This document shows, one piece after another, positions 1-10,729 of a stretch of 64,000 nucleotides of DNA (the first letter of the stretch is position 1; each line of letters opens with the position of its first letter). The DNA lies in contig JBHGNT010000017.1 in assembly GCA_043228905.1 (NCBI GenBank), positions 10,788,001 to 10,852,000 of the forward strand, given 5' to 3'. The notes under the pieces are model-generated. The model did not search any database, was not told the DNA's origin, and saw only the letters and a program-made list of their open reading frames with translations. The translations under genes and the position numbers were made by a program. This stretch comes from Azolla caroliniana (lineage: Eukaryota > Plantae > Polypodiophyta).

Positions 1-1461
1 TTCCTCGGCATCGAGGTAATTCGGACTCCGGACGGAATCATGATCTCTTAACGGCACTACATCCTCAACTTGTTATACAAGTTCGGGATGGCTGAGTGCA
101 AATCCGTGGCAACCCCGCTGGATCGTAATCTCAAACTAGATGCGAACTCCGGCACCAAAGCGTGTGAGCCGACTCAGTATCGGCAACTCATCAGGAGTCT
201 CATCTACCTCATGATCACACGACTCGATCTCAGTTATCTGATCGGTCTCCTTAGCCAATTCATGCAAACACCGTGTGATACTCACATGGATTGCGCTAAG
301 CGAGTTCTACGCTACGTGAGTAGCACAATAGATTGTGGCATCCTCTACAAGACCGTGATGCCAATACGACTCGAGGGGTACATAGACGCCGATTGGGCCG
401 ACTACAAAGCCGATAGAAGATCAACCTTCGGATTTGTTTTCTCCCTCGGCAGCGGAGCAATATCCTGGAGTAGCAAGAAGCAGCCCACCGTTGCTCTTTC
501 GAGTACGGAGGCGGAATACAGGGGCGCAGTTGTAGCTGCGTGTGAAGCCGTGTGGCTCAAGAGGATTTTGAAGGATCTGGGCGTACCCATCAAGGATCCG
601 ACGTCCCTTTACTGCGACAACATGAGCAGTATCTATCTGGCTCGGAACTCGGTGTTCCACGCGTGGACAAAGCACATCGAAGTGCACTATCACTTCATCC
701 GAGAGCGCGTTCTGGCTGGCGATGTCGACCTACAACACATTAGCACCAATCTTCAAACGGCCGACATCTTCACTAAAGCCTTAGGAGCCGACAAGCTATG
801 GCAATTCATGACCGATCTCGGATTGACGATCCCTGACCTGCCAAGCTTGAGGGGGAGTACTGAAGACACTACGCAATAACGCGTAGATTCCGCAACCATG
901 CAACAAAGCCGCGAAGAAAGACGCCGAATCACAGACTTCGTAACTACGCACAACACAAGCTGGAGCACGGATTCCGCAACTCCGCATACATGCGAGTTGA
1001 CACGAGTCGATGCGGACTCCAGAACGCGAGTTGAAGCGGATTTCGGATACCGTCTGAAACCGACGCAACTTGAGCTTGAGGGGGCGTGTTGAGAATCAAG
1101 CTCAACTTGGTCTAGTGTGTGAACTCACCTTGAGAGTGAAGAGACACTCCAACGGTCAAGAGTCACCATTATGTCACCACTTTGTATTCTAGCATTTAGT
1201 ATGAGTCATAGAATATAATTCTATGACACATAACTTATGAGCTTTCACATTCCTCATGCTCCATGAGTCTTGTAGTTAATGAAGAAAGAGGGTGACTACA
1301 TAAAGCACCCTCCTCCCACCTTGTAAAATGTTGAGTCTTTCTCCTTTGTCAATGTAATTTTACCTTGCGTATTCCTTGTCTCTCTCTCTCTCTCTCTCTC
1401 ATACACACACATAACTCATATCTCTTCGGCTTCACAAGAATCCATCTCTTGATTATTTACA
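1..1461 (+). mobile_element. Ty1/copia element, 3' part (RT/RNase H, spacer, PPT, 3' LTR 1087-1461)
   Basis: ORF 70-879 has copia RT/RNase H motifs (YIDADWA, SSTEAEY, YCDN, KHIEVHYHF, ADIFTK). PPT ttgagggggcg at 1076-1086 is followed by TGTTGAG at 1087. The LTR contains a (TC)n run and ends ..tttaCA at about 1461. Confidence 0.9.
70..879 (+). pseudogene. copia pol fragment (RT C-terminus + RNase H)
   Basis: Motifs as above. An in-frame TAA lies upstream at 49-51. Confidence 0.9.
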
Positions 1462-1947
1462 CCCTTTCTAATAACTGCATGTAACTTTGGTGCATGTTCA
1501 TCTTTCTGAAAAATCGAATAGCCTAGGCGAAGTCGTTGGAATCCCAAACAAGGATGCCTCGAAGATCGGGGTGTAGCAGCAGGTGTGTTTGTGATTGACA
1601 GAATTTCGTAGTACAGTTGATTTTTGCCTTTAGTGATGATTTGAGTTTGTGCTTCCCTTAAGTGGTTTAGGGTTTCTGATTACAAATTTTAGATTAAAAG
1701 TGTCTAGTTACAAATTTCTAATTACAAATTTCTGATTACTGTCCCAATGTGTTGTAATTTTACACCAATTCTCATGACAAATTCTGGTTAGGGTTTCTAA
1801 TTTTTTAAGTGGTTGATTTCTGATACATGTTGAAAAGGACAGATTACAAATTTCAGATTACTGTCTCAAAGTGTTGTAATTTTGCACCAAATTCAAATTA
1901 AAAATTCTGTTTTTGCACCAATTCTGATTACTGATTTTCTATTTCAG

Positions 1948-2482
1948 GTGGCTCGTTCCTCCCTATCCTAGACTGCTGAACTTCGCAAAATTTTGCGAGA
2001 CAAAGGAGGACTTTCACAACATATATGGTATGTGGCTTGAGGGTATTGACCCTGCTATTCTAACAGATAGATTGATTAGTGATGTAGATTGGATGTCAGT
2101 ACATAAAGTGCCTAGAGTGAAAGGCAAGGTCAAGCTCAAGCATGTACGACCGGACCTGTACGGCGACTGCATGAGACCGCACTAGAAAGTACATCAAGAT
2201 ATCCCAGTCAACGAGTTGTCCGTTTCATTTGCCAGAGCTTTTGCATACGAGTATTGCAAAATAGTGAAGGAATCTCGTGACCCTGAAATGTACATGGTAG
2301 CTTGGGCAATTTATGGTGAGGCATCGGTAGAAAGATGTCGGAAGATGGGGAGTTTGCAACAAAAAATGGCAAGATTTTGGAACATGGCAGTTGATGATGC
2401 AACTGCCGACTCCAAACAAACCCACAAGTATACGCCTCACCGACACACAATGAAAGCCAATGTCGATGGAGACATTGATTAG
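1948..2482 (+). pseudogene. Decayed exon of an unknown protein (possibly TE-associated), preceded by a putative intron 1583-1947
   Basis: After a tttcAG acceptor, one frame reads WLVPPYPRLLNFAKFCETKEDFHNIYGMWLEG...RPH*KVHQDIPVNELSVSFARAFAYEY..VAWAIYGE with one stop. A cag|GTgtgt donor-like site lies at about 1583. Confidence 0.4.
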
Positions 2483-2599
2483 CTATATGCTAAAAAAATG
2501 TCCATGAAGCCTATGAGACATTGGTCTTCCATTCATCTCCTAGTCGGATCCATATGAGGTTATATGCTCCTCTTATGTCGATCTTTGTGAAGAACCTTA

Positions 2600-3979
2600 C
2601 ACCATTGATCCATTCTAAAAGACTTGAGATAAGGGGAAGTGCGTACCTATTCCTGATGGTGACCTTATTCAAGCCACGGTAATCTACAACAAGGCCGATT
2701 GATCCTTTTTCTTGTTGAAGAAAATGGGTGCGCCGGCTGGAGATTTCAAATATCGAATGAAATCATTTGCCAAATTCTCCTCTATATAAGATCGAAGGAC
2801 TTCTAGCTTGGTTGGTGACAAATTGTAGATCAATCCCCATGGTGGCTCTTTTCCTGGTTGTAAATCGATGGGGCAATCATACGGTCGATGGTGAGGAAGC
2901 ATATTGGCTTGTACTTTATCGAACACATCGACATAATGATGATACTTCTCTGGAAGTTGAATGGTGGACTCCTCTTTAGTGGTGTTGGGAGGTTTAACTT
3001 ATACTACGAAGAGAAACATTTCTTCCTTGAGTCCTTCCTCACGCAACTAATGCAGCGAAATGGTTGCAATCTTATGAGTAGATCCTCAGCTTTGTCGATA
3101 CCGTATTTCCCTTGTTCTCCAATATATGTCTAGGTTATATAATTCGAACCATGGTAATCCCAAAACAATGGGATGTTCTAGGATACTAATTATATTAAAG
3201 GATACTACACACGCTAAATTATCTAGGACAATATTAATGGGCTCTGACTCTTCTATGATATTTCTGGAAGCAATGGGACGACCATCAATGACTACTAACT
3301 ACAGAGACTGGACACGAGAGTTTTCTTAGGGATATCAGATTAGCTTGGATGATCATCTTGACATAATCGTCGGATTTTATTGATTGTTGTCATGCTGTCA
3401 GTATCTCCAAAACATTCTTTAAACTCACTTAAAAACTCTTCAAAATTGTTTAGTAAAGGAGATTCCTTTTCTAACAATGGAGCAAACTATGCCAAAGTTG
3501 AGCCACTTAACAACGTGCCTACTAAACCCACTCGCATTGGTTCAAATTGTCAGGAAGAGAAGGAGACAAAATTGGTTCAAATTGTCAGGAACAGTACTAA
3601 GACAGAGAAGGAATTAGTACTAAAAGGTGAGGATTAGTACTAAGGGAGGTGTAGAACTCTCGAGAGAAGGAGAGAGAGAGAGATGATAACAAAAGATATA
3701 TATTATGTTAAGAGAATATACAATAGTAGCTAGGAGGCTTAAGACTGGCGTTAAACCGATTTGGTTCGAAATAATGCCTTGTGCCTGCTTTTATAGTGTT
3801 CTCAGGAGTACTCCTAAAGCTTCTAGAATGTTCCAGAGAAATCTAAAATATACATCAATTTTCTATAGTGAAACTTAAATGAAAATAATATCTTTCGTAT
3901 TACAACATATAGTCTAATGGTCAAGAGCTCGACCCATGTAACATAAGGTCATGGGTTTGAGTCTTAGCATATCATGACA
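2600..3979 (-). mobile_element. Tcn1-like chromoviral Ty3/gypsy 5' fragment (5' LTR about 3583-3979; decayed gag, PR and RT start)
   Basis: LPHHRPYDCPIDLQPGKEPPWGLIYNLS...SPAGAPIFF is a Tf1/Tcn1-type RT N-terminus. The LTR reads TGTCATGA..TGACA on the minus strand. Confidence 0.8.
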
Positions 3980-5606
3980 ATGACGCGTGTTCTGAAACAT
4001 TCTTCCTCCCTTGGAGTGACGTTCTCCGTCCTCGATTTATTGGTTTCATCCTTCTCCGTTGTTTCTTAGCAAGATGAGAAGGTGACTTGTACTGCACTTT
4101 CCCTAGTGGTACCTTCATACCAAACTTGAGCCTTCAAATCCACCACGTCATTAATCTACATTTGTGGATAGGTCTCTTCTTCCTCAACCATTGTTCACCT
4201 CAGTTTTTATCCCTTTTGAAGCTTCTCTTCAGCCTCAACTTTCGCCTTTAAGTTCTCGACTCCCTTTCTCATAAAGACTTCTATGTCGAGTATCATCGAA
4301 CCTCCCCTCTTTGAGCTTTCTTTCTTCAGTGGTGGCATGTTGTTGCATCTTGTCCTCCTTCGACATTGTCGACAAGATTCCTATCCTCCTCTTTTCAATG
4401 CGGCCATTTGCACCATCGTCATCCTTGATTCGACCCCACCAATCCTTGATCCTACTCCGAGAATTGAGCGAATTGACACTCATACTCAGCGAATGCATGC
4501 ATAGCATTCTGGTGGGTCTTCCTCAATGACACCCATTGGTCAAACTCGTATAGACCTCGTCTCACAAAGGACACCCACGAATCGTGAGCTTTTTGAAGCT
4601 CTTTCATCTCTTCGTAGATTGGTTTGGCCACCACTCGACAAGAGTACTCCAACCTCTTTGCTTTGTTCACACATCTTGAATCCATTTCAGCATTGTTGGC
4701 CTCTAGAAAATTTTGGACTTTGCCCCATCGAAGTAGCCGACTCACTCGACCACGCTTTCGATGGCTTGTTGGGCCGCATCTCGTCTTTTCCCTTCTCTTG
4801 AAAATTCCATTATCATCTTTGGCATTGCCTCCATGTGATATTCCTCATCCATCTTTATCCTCCCTTGCAGCTCTTCACATCGGGTTCACCAAAAAAGGTT
4901 GTGAGGATGCGCGTGAGTGCATGCTTCGTACAAGTAGGACCACCAGTGCCACGGACCGAGGAGACAGAAGAGGGGAGGAAGTGGGAGATTAAGACGATGA
5001 TGCATATGTACGAGTCAGGAAACCAATATCACATTTGAAAAGAACAAATATTTTTATACTCAAGAAGAAGATAGATGTCAAGAAGAATATTATATTATTG
5101 ATGATGATGATGATGATGATCTTGATCTCCAAATTGATACCCCTTTACACAAGCCCAACTAGAGGTTTATATAGGTCTCTCCATGCTTGTCACATGCACA
5201 AAACCATGGGCTAAAACCATGGTTTTTTGGGTTTAGGGTTTAGGGGTTAGGGCTAAAACCATGGTTTTTTGCACACGGTTTTGCTTATGACATGCACAAA
5301 ACCATATGCTTAAAACCATGGTTTTGTGCACATGGTTTTTTTACATTTGTTTCCTATGGAATACTCTAACAAGAAAATATAGAAAATCTAAAGTACTTGG
5401 TAGTAGCTTTAGTGGTAGGTTAATTGCCTCCTATTTTGGATGTGTAAGGTTCAAATCTTACTTGCACCTCTTTATACGCACTCAATGCCATTAGGCCATA
5501 GGATTATTTATTATTGATTTATTTTCATTTTTAGAAGTATTTGTGTAATGTGCATGTATCCTCAATTTTTCACTTTTTCTCGCATTAAACACGCCACATC
5601 ACGACA
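3980..5606 (-). mobile_element. TGTCG..CGACA (Ylt1-like) gypsy family 5' fragment: 5' LTR 4900-5606, tRNA-Trp PBS, decayed gag
   Basis: The LTR starts TGTCGTGATG on the minus strand at 5606 and is homologous to the LTR piece at 38951-40091. A gag-like frame lies at 4452-4745. Confidence 0.75.
4876..4891 (-). promoter_or_regulatory. Primer binding site complementary to tRNA-Trp
   Basis: TGGTGAACCCGATGTG lies 8 nt inside the LTR edge. Plant tRNA-Trp ends CACGTCGGGTTCA-CCA (recalled), giving one G:U/transition difference. Confidence 0.75.
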
Positions 5607-7017
5607 CCATCGGCTCCCCCTTTCTCCTTTCCGAAGTGTCGAGAATTCTTCGAGAAGTGCCCCGACTTTCCACAGTAAAAGCATGTTGGCCTTCCCCTCG
5701 ACTTCGACCTCGTCCCCATGTTCTCTCGGTTCTGGGGACTCCGATTGCGGCCTCTCCCTCTATGTGTATCCCTTTCTGTGACTAGGGCCTTCGGATCGAA
5801 AATTGCATCCTTGTCCTTCCGACGAGCTTCCTCATTCAATTGGTTCAATTTCACCTTCTCTAGGGTCAGATGCTTCCCTTCCAGTTCAGCAAGTCCCAAT
5901 GTGACACCAAGTGTCTCCCAACTATCTGGAAGGGATCCCTGCAAAAAAGGTGCTAATATCTCGTCGGCTAGAGGTACTTCTAGAGAGGTGGTCTAATTGA
6001 TATATACTTGGAAGGCATTCGTGTGCTCTACCATACGAGAGCCATCCTGATACTTGAGTCTCACAATCTTTCGGAAAACTATGACTCTATTTACATCATT
6101 TCTGTTTTCGAACATGATGTTGATCTTCTCCCAAAGGACATATGCTTTGTTCTCATCATCAAATTTGTTGTATAGACTCATTTCTATAAAACACCTGATG
6201 TATGTTGTTGCCTTTAGATGCAACACTTCCTAGGTCGATGCATCAATCTTGTCCGGCTTTTTACTTCCGAACTGTACTGGCAACCACAGATCTTTGCATA
6301 CAAGCATATCTCTCATCTTCGATTTCCACACTGAGTAGTTGGAGCCGGTTAGATTGAACATACCCCCAAATAAATCTTCCATTTTTCTAAGTTATGCTCT
6401 GAGACCAGCTTGTTACTAAAAACGGGAACTCAGCCACAACAGAGTCAAATGCGGAATGGGTATAAGCAAATACAAATAGAAACATAAATGAAAGTACACA
6501 AGATATTAACATGGAAAACCCTAAATCAGGTAAAAACCACGTTTGCCCAGATACACCGAACAAATCACTCGAAGAGAAAACTACAACAGGACAACCTCAC
6601 AGGCACCGACCTGAATTTGTACTCTTGGCCAACAAGCGGTTACAATAGAGATGATTTGGCTCTCTCTTGCTTCGTCTGTTGTGTTGCAAAGGCAAAGACC
6701 TCGCATGTGTTGTACACTGTAACACAGACCATTCTCTCTACAAGATAAACAAGAAAACTGAACCAGATAAACATAATGTTTTCCCTAGTTATCTTTATAC
6801 TTAGATAACTTTCAGACCATTAACATAACTGACCCAAGTAGGCTCGACTCAAAACCTATTTACATTTTTTACCTTCTTTCCGGATACTCATTCAGACTTC
6901 ATTCGGTTTTGGAATGGATCCATTTGATCCATCTCAAACTTCTCCGGCTTCCGACTAGGTGTCACATTATCCTCTATCTTTAATTTGGCCCATCCAAAAG
7001 GGACATAATTTTCAACA
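5607..7017 (-). mobile_element. Ty1/copia (Tnt1/Tork-like) 5' fragment: LTR 6411-7017, PBS 6396-6407, decayed gag with CCHC knuckle
   Basis: PBS TGGTCTCAGAGC is a tRNA-iMet variant. Gag motifs are SLPDSWETL, LLNEEARRK-like and CFYCGKSGH. Confidence 0.85.
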
Positions 7018-7093
7018 AAAGGATGATAGCAATGTGAAAGTGCCAACAAAACGGGAATGTTCGTGTCGAGGCAGATACACTAACTGAAGGAGA

Positions 7094-8410
7094 TGTTAGA
7101 GTCAAGTGTTCCAATCAATGAGAAAGCCGATGAATTCTTCGGTCAATTAGAGATGATGAAGGCATGTGGGATCGACGTGCAAGGCACTGTTCCATGGACG
7201 TACCAGATGTACCTAGAGTTGACTGTGACAAGGGTGAAAGAGTAAAGTGTTGATTTCTATGTGTAAATGTGCACAGGTGTAATTGTGAGTGTGTGTAGAT
7301 GCCTATGTGAACACATGCACAAGTGTGTGCATGTGGACAGATAAGAAGAGGTGGGAGTGAGTGATTAGTGTAAATGGCCATGGGGCTTGCACCCCTATGG
7401 ATCTAACCCTCTTGTAACTAATTAACCCCCTTATGAGGAATGAATGAAACAATGAATATGTTCTCTCTTAATCTATCTCTTTCTCTTTGACACCTTTTAT
7501 CTTCTCTCTCCCTTTCGTTGAACCCCCTTGGGGGGGGGTTGGAGCCATTCTAGGCACCACCCCCCACCACGCAATGATTCTCAATGCACATCGCGATCAT
7601 TCCCATCAATCCTGCAACGCTTATTATATATCCCCATCGGAACTCTAATCTACCATTACCATTCATAATCATCACTAACCCTATTCCTATCTTTATCACC
7701 ATTAAAATTAACCCTAAAACATACAACACGACAAAGCCACAGGCTTTAGCAATCTCGAATGCCACGACGTTGCTCGCCCTGTATAGGTCATCACATAACC
7801 TGATGTGGAGCAGCTCGAGTCTACATCCCCTAACATGTCTAAGTTAGTAAAACCTTACCTAAGGCATACCTGAAGTGCCTTTCAAGTACCTAGCAAAGCA
7901 AAACTAGCCAGGAAGTCCTCTCCCCACTTCATCTGGATATTGAAAGCACCTGTCAGACCAACCCCTCACCACGACAAACAGGGCCTACTTACGATACCTT
8001 CAGACGATCTACGTACACCACCATGGCCTTCTCTTATCCCCATTATAGCTGTGAACCTGATGAGGAGGCTCACACCCAATCTTTCCTCAACATTTGGAAT
8101 GTGAACCATGTGTCATAGAGACTCCTGGAGGCCGAGGTCAACGCCTCTAAGATCGTCGATTTCAGGCTTACTCTCGACAATTGAGTACCGCGATGGCACT
8201 CGCAGCTCGATCTCTTGACTTTTACGACTTTCAATCAGCTTCGCATAATGTTTCTTCGATTATTTCACCGGAGCATCTTGCATCGAGAAATCATCGGGCA
8301 ATTCTATTCGATCTGACTGTTCAATCAGGAATCGGTCGCTGATTTTATCATCCGATTCCAGAACCTAAGAGGCCAACTTACGTAGGCACCGACCAAGGAT
8401 GAGGCTAAAG
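7094..8410 (+). mobile_element. Degenerate gypsy fragment: LTR-like segment plus gag homologous to the 13952-22445 element
   Basis: 8023-8400 reads MAFSYPHY..EPDEEAH..FLNIWNVNHVS*RL, matching MPYPYPKYRDEPDGEAH..FLRTWEANHVSQRL of the young element. Confidence 0.6.
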
Positions 8411-8617
8411 ATTACAAGGTTCAAGGTTCAAGTTTGGGTGACGCCATAATGGTCATGTGTTCATGACACTATCCCTCCTTCGAGAACGCCGAGTGGAAAT
8501 CGACGTTAACATTGTAGGGCTGGGTTTATTTGGATAGTGGCGATAGAAGTCATCGACAAGAGCTTGAGCATTCCAAATGTTATCGACAGGTTCCCAAGTG
8601 CGATCACTCAGAGGATA
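8410..8617 (-). mobile_element. Tcn1-like 3' end: chromodomain tail, PPT and start of 3' LTR
   Basis: SDRTWEPVDNIWNAQALVDDFYRHYP is followed by PPT gaaggagggatag and TGTCATGAAC at 8468. Confidence 0.75.
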
Positions 8618-8899
8618 TATAGGGGTGAAAGCATGCGAGTGGAAACAATTAGCTATGCAAAAAGTTATCATTAATAAATAAGCATTTTTGCAAAAAGCTA
8701 CCATTGAAAATAGTAGAGAGTTTTAATTATATAAATGAGCACGATAAATGTGCAACATAAACGTGCAATATAAATTGATATGTGCACCATAAATTATATA
8801 CCGAATTTCTAGGCCCATTATGCATGATCCTTTGCCGCATCACGTGGGCCATCTTTGGTTGAGTATTATGGCTTAGATTACTACCACTATTGCGAAACC

Positions 8900-9630
8900 C
8901 TATTGAGTCCACTCCTCCATTGCCGCCATTCTACACTCAGTTACCGACACTGTGTGGTCCAAGTATCATCTACCACTGTTCGATCCGACAGAGTTCACTC
9001 TTCCATTGCCGCCATTCTACACTCAATTGCTGCCACATTTCAGTCCAAGCATCATGTGCCAAGTTCACTCCTCCATTCCCACCACTCTACACTCAGTTAC
9101 CGCTACTGTGAAGGTCGTATATTGCTGCCACTTTTCGATCCAACAGAGTTAACTCCTCCACTGCCGCCATTCTACTCTCAGTTGCCATCACTGTGTGTTC
9201 CAAGCATCATTTGCCACTGTTTGATCTGACGGAGTTCACTCCTCCATTGCCATCATTGTACACTTAGTTGCTGCTACTGTTCAATCCTGGATTGCTCCCA
9301 CTTTTCGATTTGACGAAGTTCACTCATCCATTGCCATCATTCTACACTTAGTTGCCACTACTGTTTGGTGGTGTATTGTTGCCATTTTTCGATCCGAAGC
9401 AGTTCACGCCTTCTCCACTACTTCCAGTTTTCGTCACTGTGTGTTCCAAGCATCATCTGGCATTGTTCTATCCGATTGAATTCACGCCTCCATTGCCATA
9501 ATTCAATACTCAGTTGCCACCATTGTTTGGTCCTAGATTGTCAAAATTGTTCGATCAAACGGAGTTCACTCCTCCACTGCCGCTATTCTACACTCAGTTG
9601 CTGCCACTATTCAGCCTTGGATTACCGCCA
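8900..9630. repeat. Degenerate tandem repeat, unit about 83 bp
   Basis: The core ttcgatccgacagagttcactcctccattgccgccattctacactcagttgc recurs at about 8979, 9134, 9221, 9304, 9387, 9466 and 9550. Confidence 0.85.
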
Positions 9631-9797
9631 CTATTTGTTCATGGATTTGAATAACTATTCTATCTATTGATTATCTTGTGTATTGTTGTGTATAATCTTG
9701 TGTATTGCGGAATATTTTTGTGTATTGTTGTTGCCCATAGGCATCTTTAATACGTGTCTTTTTTTCGAGAAAATTAGGGTTTAAACCCGTCGAGCCA

Positions 9798-10380
9798 AAT
9801 GGAAGGGGAAGGAGGGTGTTTAGAATTACCCCCCAATGATCATCAGGATAGGGATGACGTTATTAGGACACAACAAGCGATACGAAAGTATTGGGCAGAA
9901 AAAAAAAAAGTAAACATTGTCAATTGTTGAAGGATACGAAAGCCACACTCACTAAAGGTAAAGATAGTATTGGTTGCGTTATAGGTCTAAATATCACTGA
10001 GAATGGAAGTAATGAGACTACTATCATAGAGAGAAAGGTTGTAGATTATTTCAATGTTCAAACTAAGCACATCAACAATGAAGACAAGAAGGTAGTACTT
10101 TATGGAATATTAAATGATCCATCGATAAAGGAATTAGTTGATTGTGATGGTCTTAATGCAAACATAATAACATCTGTACTAGTAAATAATCTCCGTAATA
10201 GTTTCGTATCCATGAGCAAGTCACGCAATAAACATAAACATCATAAATCAATGATATAGTCACAATATTTTGGACTAATGAGAGTAGGGTTCACCCAATA
10301 AGAAGGATTTATGCAGGAAACGTGTTGGAATAAATCAATACGAGGAGCATCCCCATTCATCTTCTTGATGTACCTCAGGT
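9798..10380 (+). pseudogene. N-terminal remnant of a Sola2-like transposase (paralogue of 45237-48772)
   Basis: SPNKKDLCRKRVGINQYEEHP..LLDVPQ|gt matches SPNKKDVCRKRISQGKYQIHPRHFLEMTE|gt at 48151-48245, including the donor position. TKHINNEDKK aligns with TKRFSEEDRR. Confidence 0.65.
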
Positions 10381-10729
10381 ATTTACATTTATTTCAACAT
10401 TTGTTTTGACTTTTGAGCTTAGTTAGTTAACTTATTAGCTACCTCTGAATATGACCATTGTCAAGGCCTTAGCTTGACAAAAGAAGATTGAACAACAGAG
10501 GAAAAGAAAGAGAGAACAATGACTATATTTTATTATAATAGGAAAATATACAAGAGCAAGAACTAGAATATTTGCTAAAGACTCGTGTTGAACCAGAATG
10601 GTTCGAACAATACAATATGTCCGATTTATATAGGAGTAGTATGTGTTGGATGTTTGTAGGGTCATGATACCCTTTGGGATATTGAAGGGTCATGGCACCC
10701 TTTGGATATTTATAGGGTCACATTATCGA

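Noticed and set aside
3900-3970. Functional tRNA genes (also 5400, 39890, 50800)
   Set aside because: Only the A/B boxes and T-arm are recognisable. There is no convincing acceptor or anticodon stem, and all lie inside LTRs.
5229-5252. Telomere or interstitial telomeric site
   Set aside because: Only about three imperfect units, internal to an LTR.
8900-9630. CRISPR-like repeat/spacer appearance
   Set aside because: The repeats are degenerate, the linkers recur rather than being unique, there are no cas genes, and the context is eukaryotic TE DNA.
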